A stretch of 64,000 nt of DNA from an uncultured delta proteobacterium (GTDB lineage: Bacteria > Desulfobacterota > Binatia > UBA9968). The translations under genes and the position numbers were made by a program. The stretch is from NCBI GenBank assembly GCA_963816145.1, contig CAWFJP010000001.1, positions 64,001 through 128,000 on the forward strand, read 5' to 3'. Positions 9,964 through 18,994 of the stretch are shown piece by piece. Under the pieces are notes generated by a model that saw only the letters and a list, made by a program, of their open reading frames with translations, was not told where the DNA came from and ran no database searches. The number at the start of each line of letters is the position of its first letter. The stretch's first letter is position 1.

Positions 9964-12900
9964 ATGAAATACATCGGCATAAATATCGGCGCCTTGACCG
10001 TCAAGCTCGCGGTTTTGAACGGCGCAGAAACCGCCTCGACGGTTGTGCCGCATTTGGGCCGGCCGCTCGCGGTGCTGGAAAAACTGCTCACCGAGAAGGA
10101 ATATGCTGGGGCCGACTATTTCGGTGTTTCCGGCCATCTCGGCCATATTACCGAGGCCGCGGCGATTCAGCGCGCCCTAGTCGAGCTTAAACGTGATTTT
10201 GATGCGGTGGTTTCCCTCGGCGGCGAGTCATTCCTGGTTTACATTGTTGCCGGCGGCAGGATCAGCAATGTCCTGTCACATAACAAATGCGCTGCCGGCA
10301 GCGGCGAATTCTTCGTCCAACAGATTGGCCGCATGGGGCTGGGTATAGAGGAAGCGATCGAGACTTCGTTCGACGGCAAAGTCGTGCCGCTGGCAGCGCG
10401 CTGCTCGGTGCACTGCAAGTCGGACATCACCCATAAACTCAACCGCAACGAGGCGAGCGCCAAAGACATTCTGCACACCCTCCATGACAGCATGGCGAGT
10501 AAGGTCATTGCCCTGCTCGAAAAAGGCCAGAGCGAGTTGCGTCGCGTGCTTTTGATCGGCGGCGTCACACGCAACGCGGCGATGCTCGCGGCGCTGCGCG
10601 AGAAGCTGCCGTCGACAGAATTCGTCGTGCTGCCCGAGAGCGCGTGGTTCGAGGCCTGGGGCAGCGCATTGCTGACCCGCGACCAGCCGCTTTACTCATC
10701 TCCACAATTCGCGGCGCAGGCAACCCTGAGCCATCTGCCGGCGCTCAGCCTCTACGACGACCGGGTTCAAGTCATTGCCGCGCCGCCGCTACAAGCTCCA
10801 CCCGATGGCGCCATGGTACTGGGCGTCGACGCCGGGTCGACGACGACCAAGGCGATTCTTCTCGATCCAGCCAGCCGCGGCGTCGTGGCGTCCTATTACA
10901 CCCGCACCAAAGGTGATCCGGTCGCGGCGACCCGCGAATGTCTGCGCGCGTTGGTCGATCACGTCGGTAATCGGAGTGTCGGCCTAGTCGGCACCACCGG
11001 ATCGGCGCGCGAACTCGCCGGCGCCTATCTCGGCACCGAGCATGTTTACAATGAGATCTCAGCCCACGCCGCCGGCACCGCCCACTACGATGCCGATGTC
11101 GACACGATCTTCGAGATCGGCGGCCAGGATTCCAAGTACATTTACTTGCGCAACGGCGTTCCCATCGACTATGCGATGAACAATGCCTGTTCCGCGGGCA
11201 CCGGCTCGTTTCTCGAAGAAAGCGCCCACGGCGATCTTGGCATGAACGTCTCGGAGATCGCCGATCTCGCATTGGCTGCCGCCGCGCCGGTGCAGTTCAA
11301 GGCGACCTGCGCGGCATTCATCAACTCCGATATCCGCATCGCGCTGCAAGAAGGACAATCCCGCGAGAACATCGTCGCCGGCCTGGTTTACGCCATCGCC
11401 GGCAATTATCTCAACCGAGTGAAGGGCGCGCGCTGCGTCGGCAAGAAAGTTTTCCTGCAAGGCGGCGTCGCTCTCAATCGCGCCGTCGGCCATGCTTTCG
11501 CCCATAGCGTCGGCCGGCAGGTGGTGATTCCACCCAGCCCGGAGCTGCTCGGCGCCCTGGGCGTCGGCTTGCTGGCGCTGCAAAGAGCGCATGGAGTGCT
11601 AAAAACCCCGACGGATCTTTTGACCTTGGCCGCGCCGGAGATGAAACGCACCAGTCGCTTCACCTGCGGCGCCTGCACGATGTATTGCAGCATCGACCAT
11701 TTCGAAGTCTCCGGGCGGCGCTTTCCCTTCGGCGGTCGCTGCAGCCTCTACGAGAATGTCTGGAAACGAAAAACCCGCATCGCCGCCGCGCCGGATCTGG
11801 TCGAGCAGCGCAGCAAGCTGATCTTTGGCTCGCCCAACGGCGCTAGAGCAGCTAAAGGCGTGCGCATCGGTATTCCCAAGGCGCTGACCATGCATTCGCT
11901 GTTTCCGCTCTACTCGACGTTTTTCACCGGTTTGGGCATGGACGTGGTGTTGTCGGACATCGACCCGCGCGGCGAACTCAAGTCGAATGCCGGTTTTTGT
12001 TTTCCTGCGCAGATCGCCCACGGCGCGGTCTTGGATTTGGTCCAACGCGGGATCGAACTGATATTTTTGCCCCACCTATTGCGCATGCCGGCGCGCGAGG
12101 CTTGGAAAGAAACTTACTTATGTCCGATCACACAAGCGAGTCCCTATTTCCTCGCCAAGGCTTACCCGCAGGTTCATCTGCTCTCACCGTTGCTCGACTT
12201 TAGCGACGGTTACACCGCCAGCTCGGCGTTGGTGGATATGGCCGTCAACGAACTGGGACAAACGCGCGAGCTCGCCGCGCAGCAGTGGACAAAGGCGGTA
12301 GGGGCGCAAACGCAAGCCGAAACCGCAATGCAGCAATTAGGGCAAAGCGCACTGGCGCAAGCGCTCGCAACCAACCAGCCGGCGATCGTCCTGGCGGGTC
12401 ATAGCTACAACGCCTTTACCCCCGAAGGGTCGCAGTCCGTCGGCAAGAAGCTCTCGAGCATGGGCGTGGCGGCGATTCCCGCCGACTGTCTTATCGCAGC
12501 CGGCGCCGGTCCGACCTCGTGGCATTTCGCCAACCAGGTGATGAATGCGGTAAATGTCGTCAAACAGCATGCCAATCTGTTTCTCCTCTGCGTGAGCAAT
12601 TTTAGTTGCACCATTGACGCCTTCACTCAATCGATGCTGGCATCCGAGATGGGCTCCAAGCCCTATCTGATTCTCGAAATCGACGCCCACACCGCCGACG
12701 CCGGTGTGCAAACCCGGTTGGAGGCCTTCCTCGACATCGTCAGAAACTTTCGTGCCGGCCAGAGCGGCCGCGCCGAGCGATTCAACCCGGCTCACCTCAT
12801 CGCCGGCGGTCAACTCCGCCGCGGCAATGGCGAGCAAGTCGCGCTCACCGACCCGCGGGTCAAACTCTATTTCCCCAACTTTTCACAGTACCACTCGGAA

Positions 12901-14130
12901 TCTCTGGCGATGTCGGTGGGCTGGTTGGGCTTGCACGCGGGCCCGGTGACGCCGCTTGAGCGCCGCCAACTTAGCAGAGGTTTGCAATACACCTCGGGAC
13001 GGGAGTGCCTGCCCCTGCCGATTTGCATCGGCCAGCTGCTGGAAATTCACGAGCGGCGCGCGCCCGGCGAGATCGCCGGTTTCTACATGCTGGAGGGCGG
13101 CGCGCCTTGCGTTATCGATGCCTACCTGGGCTATCTGGACCGGTTCATCGTCGAACAGCGCTTGGAGGATCTATTCTTACTCATCCCCGGCGCCGACAAT
13201 GATCACTGCGGCTACGACCAGATGACTCTGGCAAAGTATACCCTGCCAGCCGTGCTGTTGGCCGACATCATGGTCGAGATTGAACAGGTCATCCATGTGG
13301 TCGGCGCTGGCGACGCCAGCGCTCGGCTCAAACAGGAATGGCAGCGCTTCAGCGCCAGCGCAACTTCACTGGAACGATTTCATGCCGCACTCCCCGGCTT
13401 TGTCGAGCGCCTGGCAGCGCTGCCGCGCAAACGCAATCCGCTGGATTGCCCGCGGGTTTTGGTGACCGGCGATTTCTTCACCCGCTTCAGCCCGTTTTTC
13501 ATGGAAGGCGTGCGTGAACTTTATAACGATCGCGGTATCATTCTTAAACCGGTCGATCTGAACGGCCTGCTGCTTTACGGCGCTTACAACATGGTCCATG
13601 ACGCGGCGAACCATTGGGGATTGAAACCGGGCGGCGCGGCGCTGGCCAAAGCTTGCACGAGAATTTTTCAGCCGGACGGCAAAGAGTATCTGCGTCGTTG
13701 GCTCGCCTATCAGACGGAGAAAAGATCTGAAGAATATTACCGCCGGATTTTTCACCGGAGCGGCTATCTGCTGACACCGCACGGCGATGCGTCGGCGACA
13801 TTCATCGACGCGGCTGAGCATATCTCACCGAAAATCTATGGCGAGGTGATTCCGACCGTGGGTGACGGTGTGCGCGCGGAAGTCGAGGGCTATGACGGTA
13901 TCATCCTGATCGGGCCGTTTAACTGTCTGCCGTTCCGCATCGCCGAAGCGATCTTAAAACCGCTCAGCATCCGACGCGGCATGCCGATCCTCACCTACGA
14001 AAGCGACGGCTACGCGGTGTCGCCGTCCTTCTTACGGCAAGTCGAAGTTCATACGCAACAGATTCTTGATCACCATATGCGGCCATTGTCGCGCCTCACT
14101 GAACGACCTGCAGCAGTCGTGCAATCGTAG
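9964..14130 (+). CDS. Acyl-CoA dehydratase activase fusion (two BcrAD/BadFG ASKHA domains plus DUF2229/HGD-like domains)
   Basis: NKCAAGSGEF, GVDAGSTTTKA, EIGGQDSK, MNNACSAGTGSFLEE, CFPAQIAHG, EIDAHTADAGVQTRLEAF, GPFNCLP. Confidence 0.9.
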   Translation: MKYIGINIGALTVKLAVLNGAETASTVVPHLGRPLAVLEKLLTEKEYAGADYFGVSGHLGHITEAAAIQRALVELKRDFDAVVSLGGESFLVYIVAGGRISNVLSHNKCAAGSGEFFVQQIGRMGLGIEEAIETSFDGKVVPLAARCSVHCKSDITHKLNRNEASAKDILHTLHDSMASKVIALLEKGQSELRRVLLIGGVTRNAAMLAALREKLPSTEFVVLPESAWFEAWGSALLTRDQPLYSSPQFAAQATLSHLPALSLYDDRVQVIAAPPLQAPPDGAMVLGVDAGSTTTKAILLDPASRGVVASYYTRTKGDPVAATRECLRALVDHVGNRSVGLVGTTGSARELAGAYLGTEHVYNEISAHAAGTAHYDADVDTIFEIGGQDSKYIYLRNGVPIDYAMNNACSAGTGSFLEESAHGDLGMNVSEIADLALAAAAPVQFKATCAAFINSDIRIALQEGQSRENIVAGLVYAIAGNYLNRVKGARCVGKKVFLQGGVALNRAVGHAFAHSVGRQVVIPPSPELLGALGVGLLALQRAHGVLKTPTDLLTLAAPEMKRTSRFTCGACTMYCSIDHFEVSGRRFPFGGRCSLYENVWKRKTRIAAAPDLVEQRSKLIFGSPNGARAAKGVRIGIPKALTMHSLFPLYSTFFTGLGMDVVLSDIDPRGELKSNAGFCFPAQIAHGAVLDLVQRGIELIFLPHLLRMPAREAWKETYLCPITQASPYFLAKAYPQVHLLSPLLDFSDGYTASSALVDMAVNELGQTRELAAQQWTKAVGAQTQAETAMQQLGQSALAQALATNQPAIVLAGHSYNAFTPEGSQSVGKKLSSMGVAAIPADCLIAAGAGPTSWHFANQVMNAVNVVKQHANLFLLCVSNFSCTIDAFTQSMLASEMGSKPYLILEIDAHTADAGVQTRLEAFLDIVRNFRAGQSGRAERFNPAHLIAGGQLRRGNGEQVALTDPRVKLYFPNFSQYHSESLAMSVGWLGLHAGPVTPLERRQLSRGLQYTSGRECLPLPICIGQLLEIHERRAPGEIAGFYMLEGGAPCVIDAYLGYLDRFIVEQRLEDLFLLIPGADNDHCGYDQMTLAKYTLPAVLLADIMVEIEQVIHVVGAGDASARLKQEWQRFSASATSLERFHAALPGFVERLAALPRKRNPLDCPRVLVTGDFFTRFSPFFMEGVRELYNDRGIILKPVDLNGLLLYGAYNMVHDAANHWGLKPGGAALAKACTRIFQPDGKEYLRRWLAYQTEKRSEEYYRRIFHRSGYLLTPHGDASATFIDAAEHISPKIYGEVIPTVGDGVRAEVEGYDGIILIGPFNCLPFRIAEAILKPLSIRRGMPILTYESDGYAVSPSFLRQVEVHTQQILDHHMRPLSRLTERPAAVVQS

Positions 14131-14154
14131 GATAGTGCAAATGTTTTACTACGT

Positions 14155-14169
14155 CGGCATAGAGATTGC
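14155..14169 (+). promoter_or_regulatory. Putative sigma-54 promoter
   Basis: CGGCATAGAGATTGC upstream of the second cytochrome c. Confidence 0.65.
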
Positions 14170-14220
14170 TCGCTCGCTTGGAGCAGGATTACTTTACGCA
14201 TCTAAGAACAGAGGTGTGAA

Positions 14221-14661
14221 ATGAGAGCAAGCAAGATGGCAGCGGCAATACTCGGCGCGGTAGTAATCTGCGGTGCAGGGAGCCTTGCGTACCCAGCGGA
14301 GACGCAAGCACCGGCGAAATTTGATTTAGGCAAACGTGAATACGATTCAAAATGCGCAGTATGTCACGGCAGTACAGGCAAGGGCGATGGACCTTACGCT
14401 GGATTACTCGACACCAAGGTGCCGGACTTGACGACTCTTGCTCAACGCAACCACGGCATGTTTCCGGTCCTGTGGGTGCAGGAAGTCATCGATGGCCGGC
14501 AAAACTTCAAAGCTCACGGTCCAAGCGAAATGCCGATTTGGGGTCTCGATTACCTGGCGAAGGCCAGGGAATCTTATATGGACCCCTACGAAGCCGAAGC
14601 GTATGTCCGCATGCGCATCCTGGCGCTGACAGAGTACCTATACCGCTTGCAGGCCAAGTAG
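14221..14661 (+). CDS. Monoheme cytochrome c, paralog of 4763-5191
   Basis: Signal peptide, CAVCHG, HGPSEMPIWG. Confidence 0.9.
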   Translation: MRASKMAAAILGAVVICGAGSLAYPAETQAPAKFDLGKREYDSKCAVCHGSTGKGDGPYAGLLDTKVPDLTTLAQRNHGMFPVLWVQEVIDGRQNFKAHGPSEMPIWGLDYLAKARESYMDPYEAEAYVRMRILALTEYLYRLQAK

Positions 14662-14700
14662 GCTCCGCGCCCGGTCCGAAGGTTCCCGCCCTTTTCGCGG

Positions 14701-16110
14701 CTAATCGGACCGTCCGTGCCCCAATTGGTTCGTGCCGTTAACCGCGTCCTTGACGTAGTGAGAATGAGTAAGCACCCCAGCCAGCGACTCGTCGGACTCA
14801 TACCAATCATGCCGCGTCAGAGGCAAGCCGCTCTGTCCGCCGTTGGGTTTGACCAGCAACGATTGATGCAGATTCACCCGCCCGCATTGGAACTCGTAAG
14901 CCGTCCCGGCGAGATAGAGCCTAAACACGCGGCAGCTGACCTCGTCGGCCAGCCTCTTGAGTTCATCCTCGGCGGCCTCGAAACGTTGCAGCCAATGTCT
15001 TAGGGTCAGCGCATAATGTTCGCGCAAACTCTCGACGTCGCGGATTTCAAAACCCACGGTTTCCGCCGCGCTCAAAGTCTGGCCGATCGTGGCAAGAAAA
15101 TGATCGGGAAAAACATAGCGATGGTTGAATGAACGACCGGGTCGTTCTGACGCGCTCGGCGTATGGCTGATCGCATGATGGAGAAATTGGCCGCCGGGAC
15201 GCAGCGACGCAAAGGCTAACTTGAAATATTCTTCGAAGCGGCTTTCCGGCACATGTTCGGCAGCGCCGACGCTGGTCACACGGTCGAAACCCTCCGGCTC
15301 AAGCCAGGCAAAAAAATCATTGACTTCGACGCGACAGCGGTCTTCCAGGCCGGCTTGGCGAATCCGTTGGCGCGCCACCTCGGCTTGCTCCGGGCTTACC
15401 GTCAGACCAACCGCTTCGACGCCGTAATGCTTGGCGGCATGTACGATCAGGGCGCCCCAGCCGCAACCCATGTCGAGCAATCGCAGCCCCGGCCGCAGCC
15501 GCAGCTTGCGGCAGATGTAATCGAGCTTGGCTTTCTGCGCCGCACCGAGCGAATCGTCCGCCGAGCGAAAATAGGCACAGCTGTAGACCAACGATTCATC
15601 CAGCCATAAGCGCCAGAACTGCACCGGATGATCGTAGTGGTAATTAACTGCGGCGCGCGTCCGCGCCGCCGACCCCCGACTACCGGCAGCGCCAAAGCCG
15701 CCGAACAGACCCGTCCGGGAATAACGAGGCGCGGGTATCGACAGGAGCTGTGGGAGCAACTGGCATTTTTCAGCTAAAGACCAAGGGATATTGATCAAAC
15801 GATCGGCGGGCGCGAAGATATCCAAGAGCGAACCGTTGATATCCACCTGATTGTAAACAAACGCTTCGCCAAAACTCAGCGAATCAGCGCGGCCGAACAG
15901 GCCGCGCACCGCGCTCGGCGTCCGCACGACCAGTTCAAAGCGCGCCGGTTCAGCCGTCTGCGCCGGCCACTTCTCACCATCCCAAAGCTGCACGGCAAAT
16001 GCGCGCGGCCCGTAGCGTTCGAGGACAATTCGAAGCAATGAGCGCGCCGCCGCCGCGCCCGGATATTCGTGGGTTGAGCCATTGCTGACCGCCAGGTTCT
16101 CTTGTCTCAT
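14701..16110 (-). CDS. cfa: Cyclopropane-fatty-acyl-phospholipid synthase
   Basis: HYD...YSCAYF...AQKAKLDYICRKLRLRPGLRLLDMGCGWG...RYVFP...HYALTL. Confidence 0.93.
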   Translation of the reverse strand: MRQENLAVSNGSTHEYPGAAAARSLLRIVLERYGPRAFAVQLWDGEKWPAQTAEPARFELVVRTPSAVRGLFGRADSLSFGEAFVYNQVDINGSLLDIFAPADRLINIPWSLAEKCQLLPQLLSIPAPRYSRTGLFGGFGAAGSRGSAARTRAAVNYHYDHPVQFWRLWLDESLVYSCAYFRSADDSLGAAQKAKLDYICRKLRLRPGLRLLDMGCGWGALIVHAAKHYGVEAVGLTVSPEQAEVARQRIRQAGLEDRCRVEVNDFFAWLEPEGFDRVTSVGAAEHVPESRFEEYFKLAFASLRPGGQFLHHAISHTPSASERPGRSFNHRYVFPDHFLATIGQTLSAAETVGFEIRDVESLREHYALTLRHWLQRFEAAEDELKRLADEVSCRVFRLYLAGTAYEFQCGRVNLHQSLLVKPNGGQSGLPLTRHDWYESDESLAGVLTHSHYVKDAVNGTNQLGHGRSD

Positions 16111-16213
16111 GCGTCTTACTCCTTTCGTCTGTCCTGATGTTCGCTGAAGCTGGCTAAATAGATTACGACGAGCAAAGTAAAATGCCAGACCGACGCCATC
16201 TCGGTGCGCGGCT

Positions 16214-16228
16214 TGGCATGCGGTCTGC
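16214..16228 (+). promoter_or_regulatory. Sigma-54 promoter
   Basis: TGGCATGCGGTCTGC upstream of the FmdB-type ORF. Confidence 0.7.
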
Positions 16229-16286
16229 GTAATAAAGTCCTACCAGGCGAACGATCCGGCGGTCAAACTGAAAGCGGTAAGCCATC

Positions 16287-16457
16287 ATGGCAACTTACGA
16301 ATTTCATTGTCGGAAATGCGATTTCAACTTCGAGCTGATGTTCTCATTTGGCAAGTATCGGAAAAACATCAGACCGATCCGTTGTCCCAACTGTAACAGC
16401 ACCCGGGTGTTGCGGCGCATTTCTTCCTTCGAGGTAAAAACCTCGAAGAAGAGCTGA
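16287..16457 (+). CDS. FmdB-family zinc-ribbon protein (56 aa)
   Basis: Manual translation MATYEFHCRKCDFNFE...CPNCNSTRVLRRISSFEVKTSKKS; below ORF-track cutoff. Confidence 0.85.
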   Translation: MATYEFHCRKCDFNFELMFSFGKYRKNIRPIRCPNCNSTRVLRRISSFEVKTSKKS

Positions 16458-16485
16458 AGCGCAGTAAACTCGTATGGCAACCCGT

Positions 16486-17133
16486 TTATCCGACAGCTGA
16501 GACTTTTTCGACATCATGTTTCAAGATCGCAATGACTTCCTCATCGGTAACCTGCGCGAAGTCGTCAAAGAACTGGCCAACCGCGTAGAACTCTGCCGGC
16601 ACGTTCAAACAAACCATGGAGTCGCACTCGTGCAGCATCGCCCGCGCCGCGTCCGGCGACGCCACCGCCACCGCGCCGACGAGTTTCTTGGGTTTGTGCC
16701 CGCGCAATGCCCGCAACGCCGCGGTCATCGTCGATCCAGTAGCGATACCGTCGTCGACGACGATGACGATGCGCCCCTTGGGATCGATCGATTGGCGCGC
16801 CGGCGTGTAGGTCGCCCGCCGCTTCGCCAGGACGGCGAGCTGCCGTTTCTTTTCCGCTTCGAGATAAGTTGGGTCTAAATCGGCCGCCCAATCGGAGATG
16901 AACGCATTGCCCTGTTCATCGATGGCGCCGATGGCCAGCTCCGGTTGCTCGGGGTGGGTCAGCTTGTGCACCAGCACGACGTCCAATTCACCGCCAAGCG
17001 CGTCGGCGATAAATTTCGCCATCGGCACCGCGCCGCGCGGCACGCCGAGAACCAATGGATTTTTGTTTTTGTAGCTCACTCGCAGTCTTTCGGCGAGCAG
17101 CTCCGCGGCATGTTGTCGATTTCTGAATCGCAT
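16486..17133 (-). CDS. Phosphoribosyltransferase-family protein
   Basis: MRFRNRQHAAELLA, LGVPRGAVP, IVVDDGIATGSTM, FYAVGQFF..F.QVTDEEV. Confidence 0.9.
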   Translation of the reverse strand: MRFRNRQHAAELLAERLRVSYKNKNPLVLGVPRGAVPMAKFIADALGGELDVVLVHKLTHPEQPELAIGAIDEQGNAFISDWAADLDPTYLEAEKKRQLAVLAKRRATYTPARQSIDPKGRIVIVVDDGIATGSTMTAALRALRGHKPKKLVGAVAVASPDAARAMLHECDSMVCLNVPAEFYAVGQFFDDFAQVTDEEVIAILKHDVEKVSAVG

Positions 17134-17156
17134 GGTTCACCTCGTAAATCAGCAGT

Positions 17157-17693
17157 TTAACCAGGGCCACCGGCATCGATTAAGTCGCTCCGGTGGTTCA
17201 CATCAAGAGAATCCGACGGCGTTGGTCGCTGCCTCATAGCCGGTGCACTGGGCGGGTTATTTTGTGACGATTGGGCGCTAATCACGGCGCTAAAGAAGCC
17301 TAACGCCTGGCGCAATTTCTCCGCGTCCTCGCTGGCGATAGCGGCGAGATCCGACAGCGAGACGATGCCCAACAGCATGCCGTTCTTGGCGATCGGCAGC
17401 CGCTTGATGCGCCTCGCGCGCATGACTTCGGCCGCAACCGCGACATCCTCTTCAGGTTTGAGGACGATCACCGGCCGATGCATATGCGCGCCAACTTTGC
17501 ACTGATAAGGATCGTGCGCCGCGGCCAGACAAGCCAAGAGATCGCGATCGCTGATGATTCCTTTGACCGCCCCGGCGCTCGTCACAACCAGGCAACCGAC
17601 GGCCTTCTCGCGCATACGCCGCGCCGCCATCGCCACGGTCTCGTCAGGCGTCGCTTGGACCACGGTTTCGATCATCCGCTCTAGCAGTTTCAT
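17157..17693 (-). CDS. CBS-domain protein
   Basis: Two CBS repeats (VGCLVV...GIISDRDL; IKRLPI...GIVSLSDL). Confidence 0.88.
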   Translation of the reverse strand: MKLLERMIETVVQATPDETVAMAARRMREKAVGCLVVTSAGAVKGIISDRDLLACLAAAHDPYQCKVGAHMHRPVIVLKPEEDVAVAAEVMRARRIKRLPIAKNGMLLGIVSLSDLAAIASEDAEKLRQALGFFSAVISAQSSQNNPPSAPAMRQRPTPSDSLDVNHRSDLIDAGGPG

Positions 17694-18133
17694 GCGGCCA
17701 TCTCCGTGTTTTGCGCGACAAACACGCGCAGCAAATCGTTTACCGAAAGCATGCCGACGACCCGTAAGTCCGCTACCACCGGCAACGTACTGATGCGATA
17801 GGTTTCGAGAATCTTCGCGGCCTCGACCAACGGCGTCTCCGGAGAAACGGTCATCGGATCGGCGGTCATCGCCGCCGTGACGGTGAGATTTTCGGTGTAG
17901 CGGCGAATTTCGTCCTCATCGCGAAACAAAGGATAGGCCGGCGCCACTTGGCGCACATCGCGGTCGGTGACGATGCCGACAAGCTTGCCGGCTTCGACCA
18001 CCGGTACCGTGCGAATATCGCGCCGGCGCAGCAGCTCGATCACCCGCTGCAAAGAATCCTTCGGCGCCACCGTCGCCGGATCGACGGTCATGCAGTCGCC
18101 GACTGTCAGCATCTTTTTCGTTTTCGCCATCAT
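17690..18133 (-). CDS. CBS-domain protein (AcuB-like)
   Basis: VGDCMTVDP...GIVTDRDVR...MTADPMTVSPETPLVEAA. Confidence 0.9.
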   Translation of the reverse strand: MMAKTKKMLTVGDCMTVDPATVAPKDSLQRVIELLRRRDIRTVPVVEAGKLVGIVTDRDVRQVAPAYPLFRDEDEIRRYTENLTVTAAMTADPMTVSPETPLVEAAKILETYRISTLPVVADLRVVGMLSVNDLLRVFVAQNTEMAA

Positions 18134-18143
18134 TCACCCCGCG

Positions 18144-18398
18144 TCATTGTTTCCGCGTCGGCTCGCTGCCCAGCCACTCGGGATCGATCGCCTGGATCGC
18201 TTCCTCCCTGAGCGCGGCATAGGACTTGGCGAAGTCGGGATGGTAGCGCTCCATGTAGGTCTTCAATATCTCCAACTCAATTTTGATCGAGCCGAGCGCC
18301 GAAGTGAGATCGATCTTCGCATCCTTCAACAAAGATGCCGTCGCTTCAATTTCCGTCTGCATCAGGTGAAAACGATGCTTGAGATCGGAATCTTCCAC
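18144..18398 (-). CDS. Hypothetical helical protein
   Basis: RBS GGAGG with GTG start; lies in operon between SHOCT and CBS genes. Confidence 0.65.
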   Translation of the reverse strand: MEDSDLKHRFHLMQTEIEATASLLKDAKIDLTSALGSIKIELEILKTYMERYHPDFAKSYAALREEAIQAIDPEWLGSEPTRKQ

Positions 18399-18436
18399 TG
18401 GACACCTCCCATTCGTTGGCGCTTGCGCAAGCGCGC

Positions 18437-18751
18437 TTACGTCAGTTCGCGTTTCTTGGTCTCGAATTCATCTTTGTCGATCTCGCCGCGGGCAAATCTT
18501 TCTCGCAAGATTTCCATGGCCGAATCTGCGCGCGGCAGTTTACTCTGGCCGATAAACCAGCGGATACCTGCGACACCGGCAAAAATCACCACGCCCCAGA
18601 ACAGCAGCATCATCGCCATCATGCCGACGCCCCATCCCCAACCCCACATCGGATGCATGCGCCAACCCCATTCATAAGGCCCCTGCACGGTGAGCAGCGC
18701 GAAAAAGACCTCATCGAGACGTGAGATCACTGACCATTCGCTGGCAAGCAT
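18437..18751 (-). CDS. SHOCT-domain membrane protein
   Basis: MHPMWGWGWG TM segment and C-terminal AMEILRERFARGEIDKDEFE. Confidence 0.88.
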   Translation of the reverse strand: MLASEWSVISRLDEVFFALLTVQGPYEWGWRMHPMWGWGWGVGMMAMMLLFWGVVIFAGVAGIRWFIGQSKLPRADSAMEILRERFARGEIDKDEFETKKRELT

Positions 18752-18805
18752 AACCACCTCCGCCGGTTATGTCGGAAAATTGGAGATCCGACATTTACGA
18801 GAAAC

Positions 18806-18820
18806 GCATAGAGCGTGCCA
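18806..18820 (-). promoter_or_regulatory. Sigma-54 promoter of SHOCT-CBS-CBS-PRT operon
   Basis: TGGCACGCTCTATGC; hairpin ATGTCGGA-N10-TCCGACAT (18769-18794) at predicted 5' end. Confidence 0.8.
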
Positions 18821-18870
18821 CGGACCCGGACTGAAAAATCGACGCAGAATGGCAGGGGGAACGAAAAACT

Positions 18871-18915
18871 TCGCAGCGGCGGGAATTTTCCCGACGAAGC
18901 CTGTTAGGATTGCGA
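18871..18915. promoter_or_regulatory. Paired 14-bp operator
   Basis: TCGCAGCGGCGGGA (18871) and TGTTAGGATTGCGA (18902), 31 bp apart. Confidence 0.5.
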
Positions 18916-18994
18916 AAAAAACCGCGGCGCTGGGGGATCGATCGGAACGTTTTGAACCATTGGAACGTTTGGAACTCGCGGCGCCAGCCGCGCT

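Noticed and set aside
16172-16187. Sigma-54-like TGGCATTTTACTTTGC upstream of cfa
   Set aside because: GG-GC spacing is one base too long; could be a homopolymer error, so not counted
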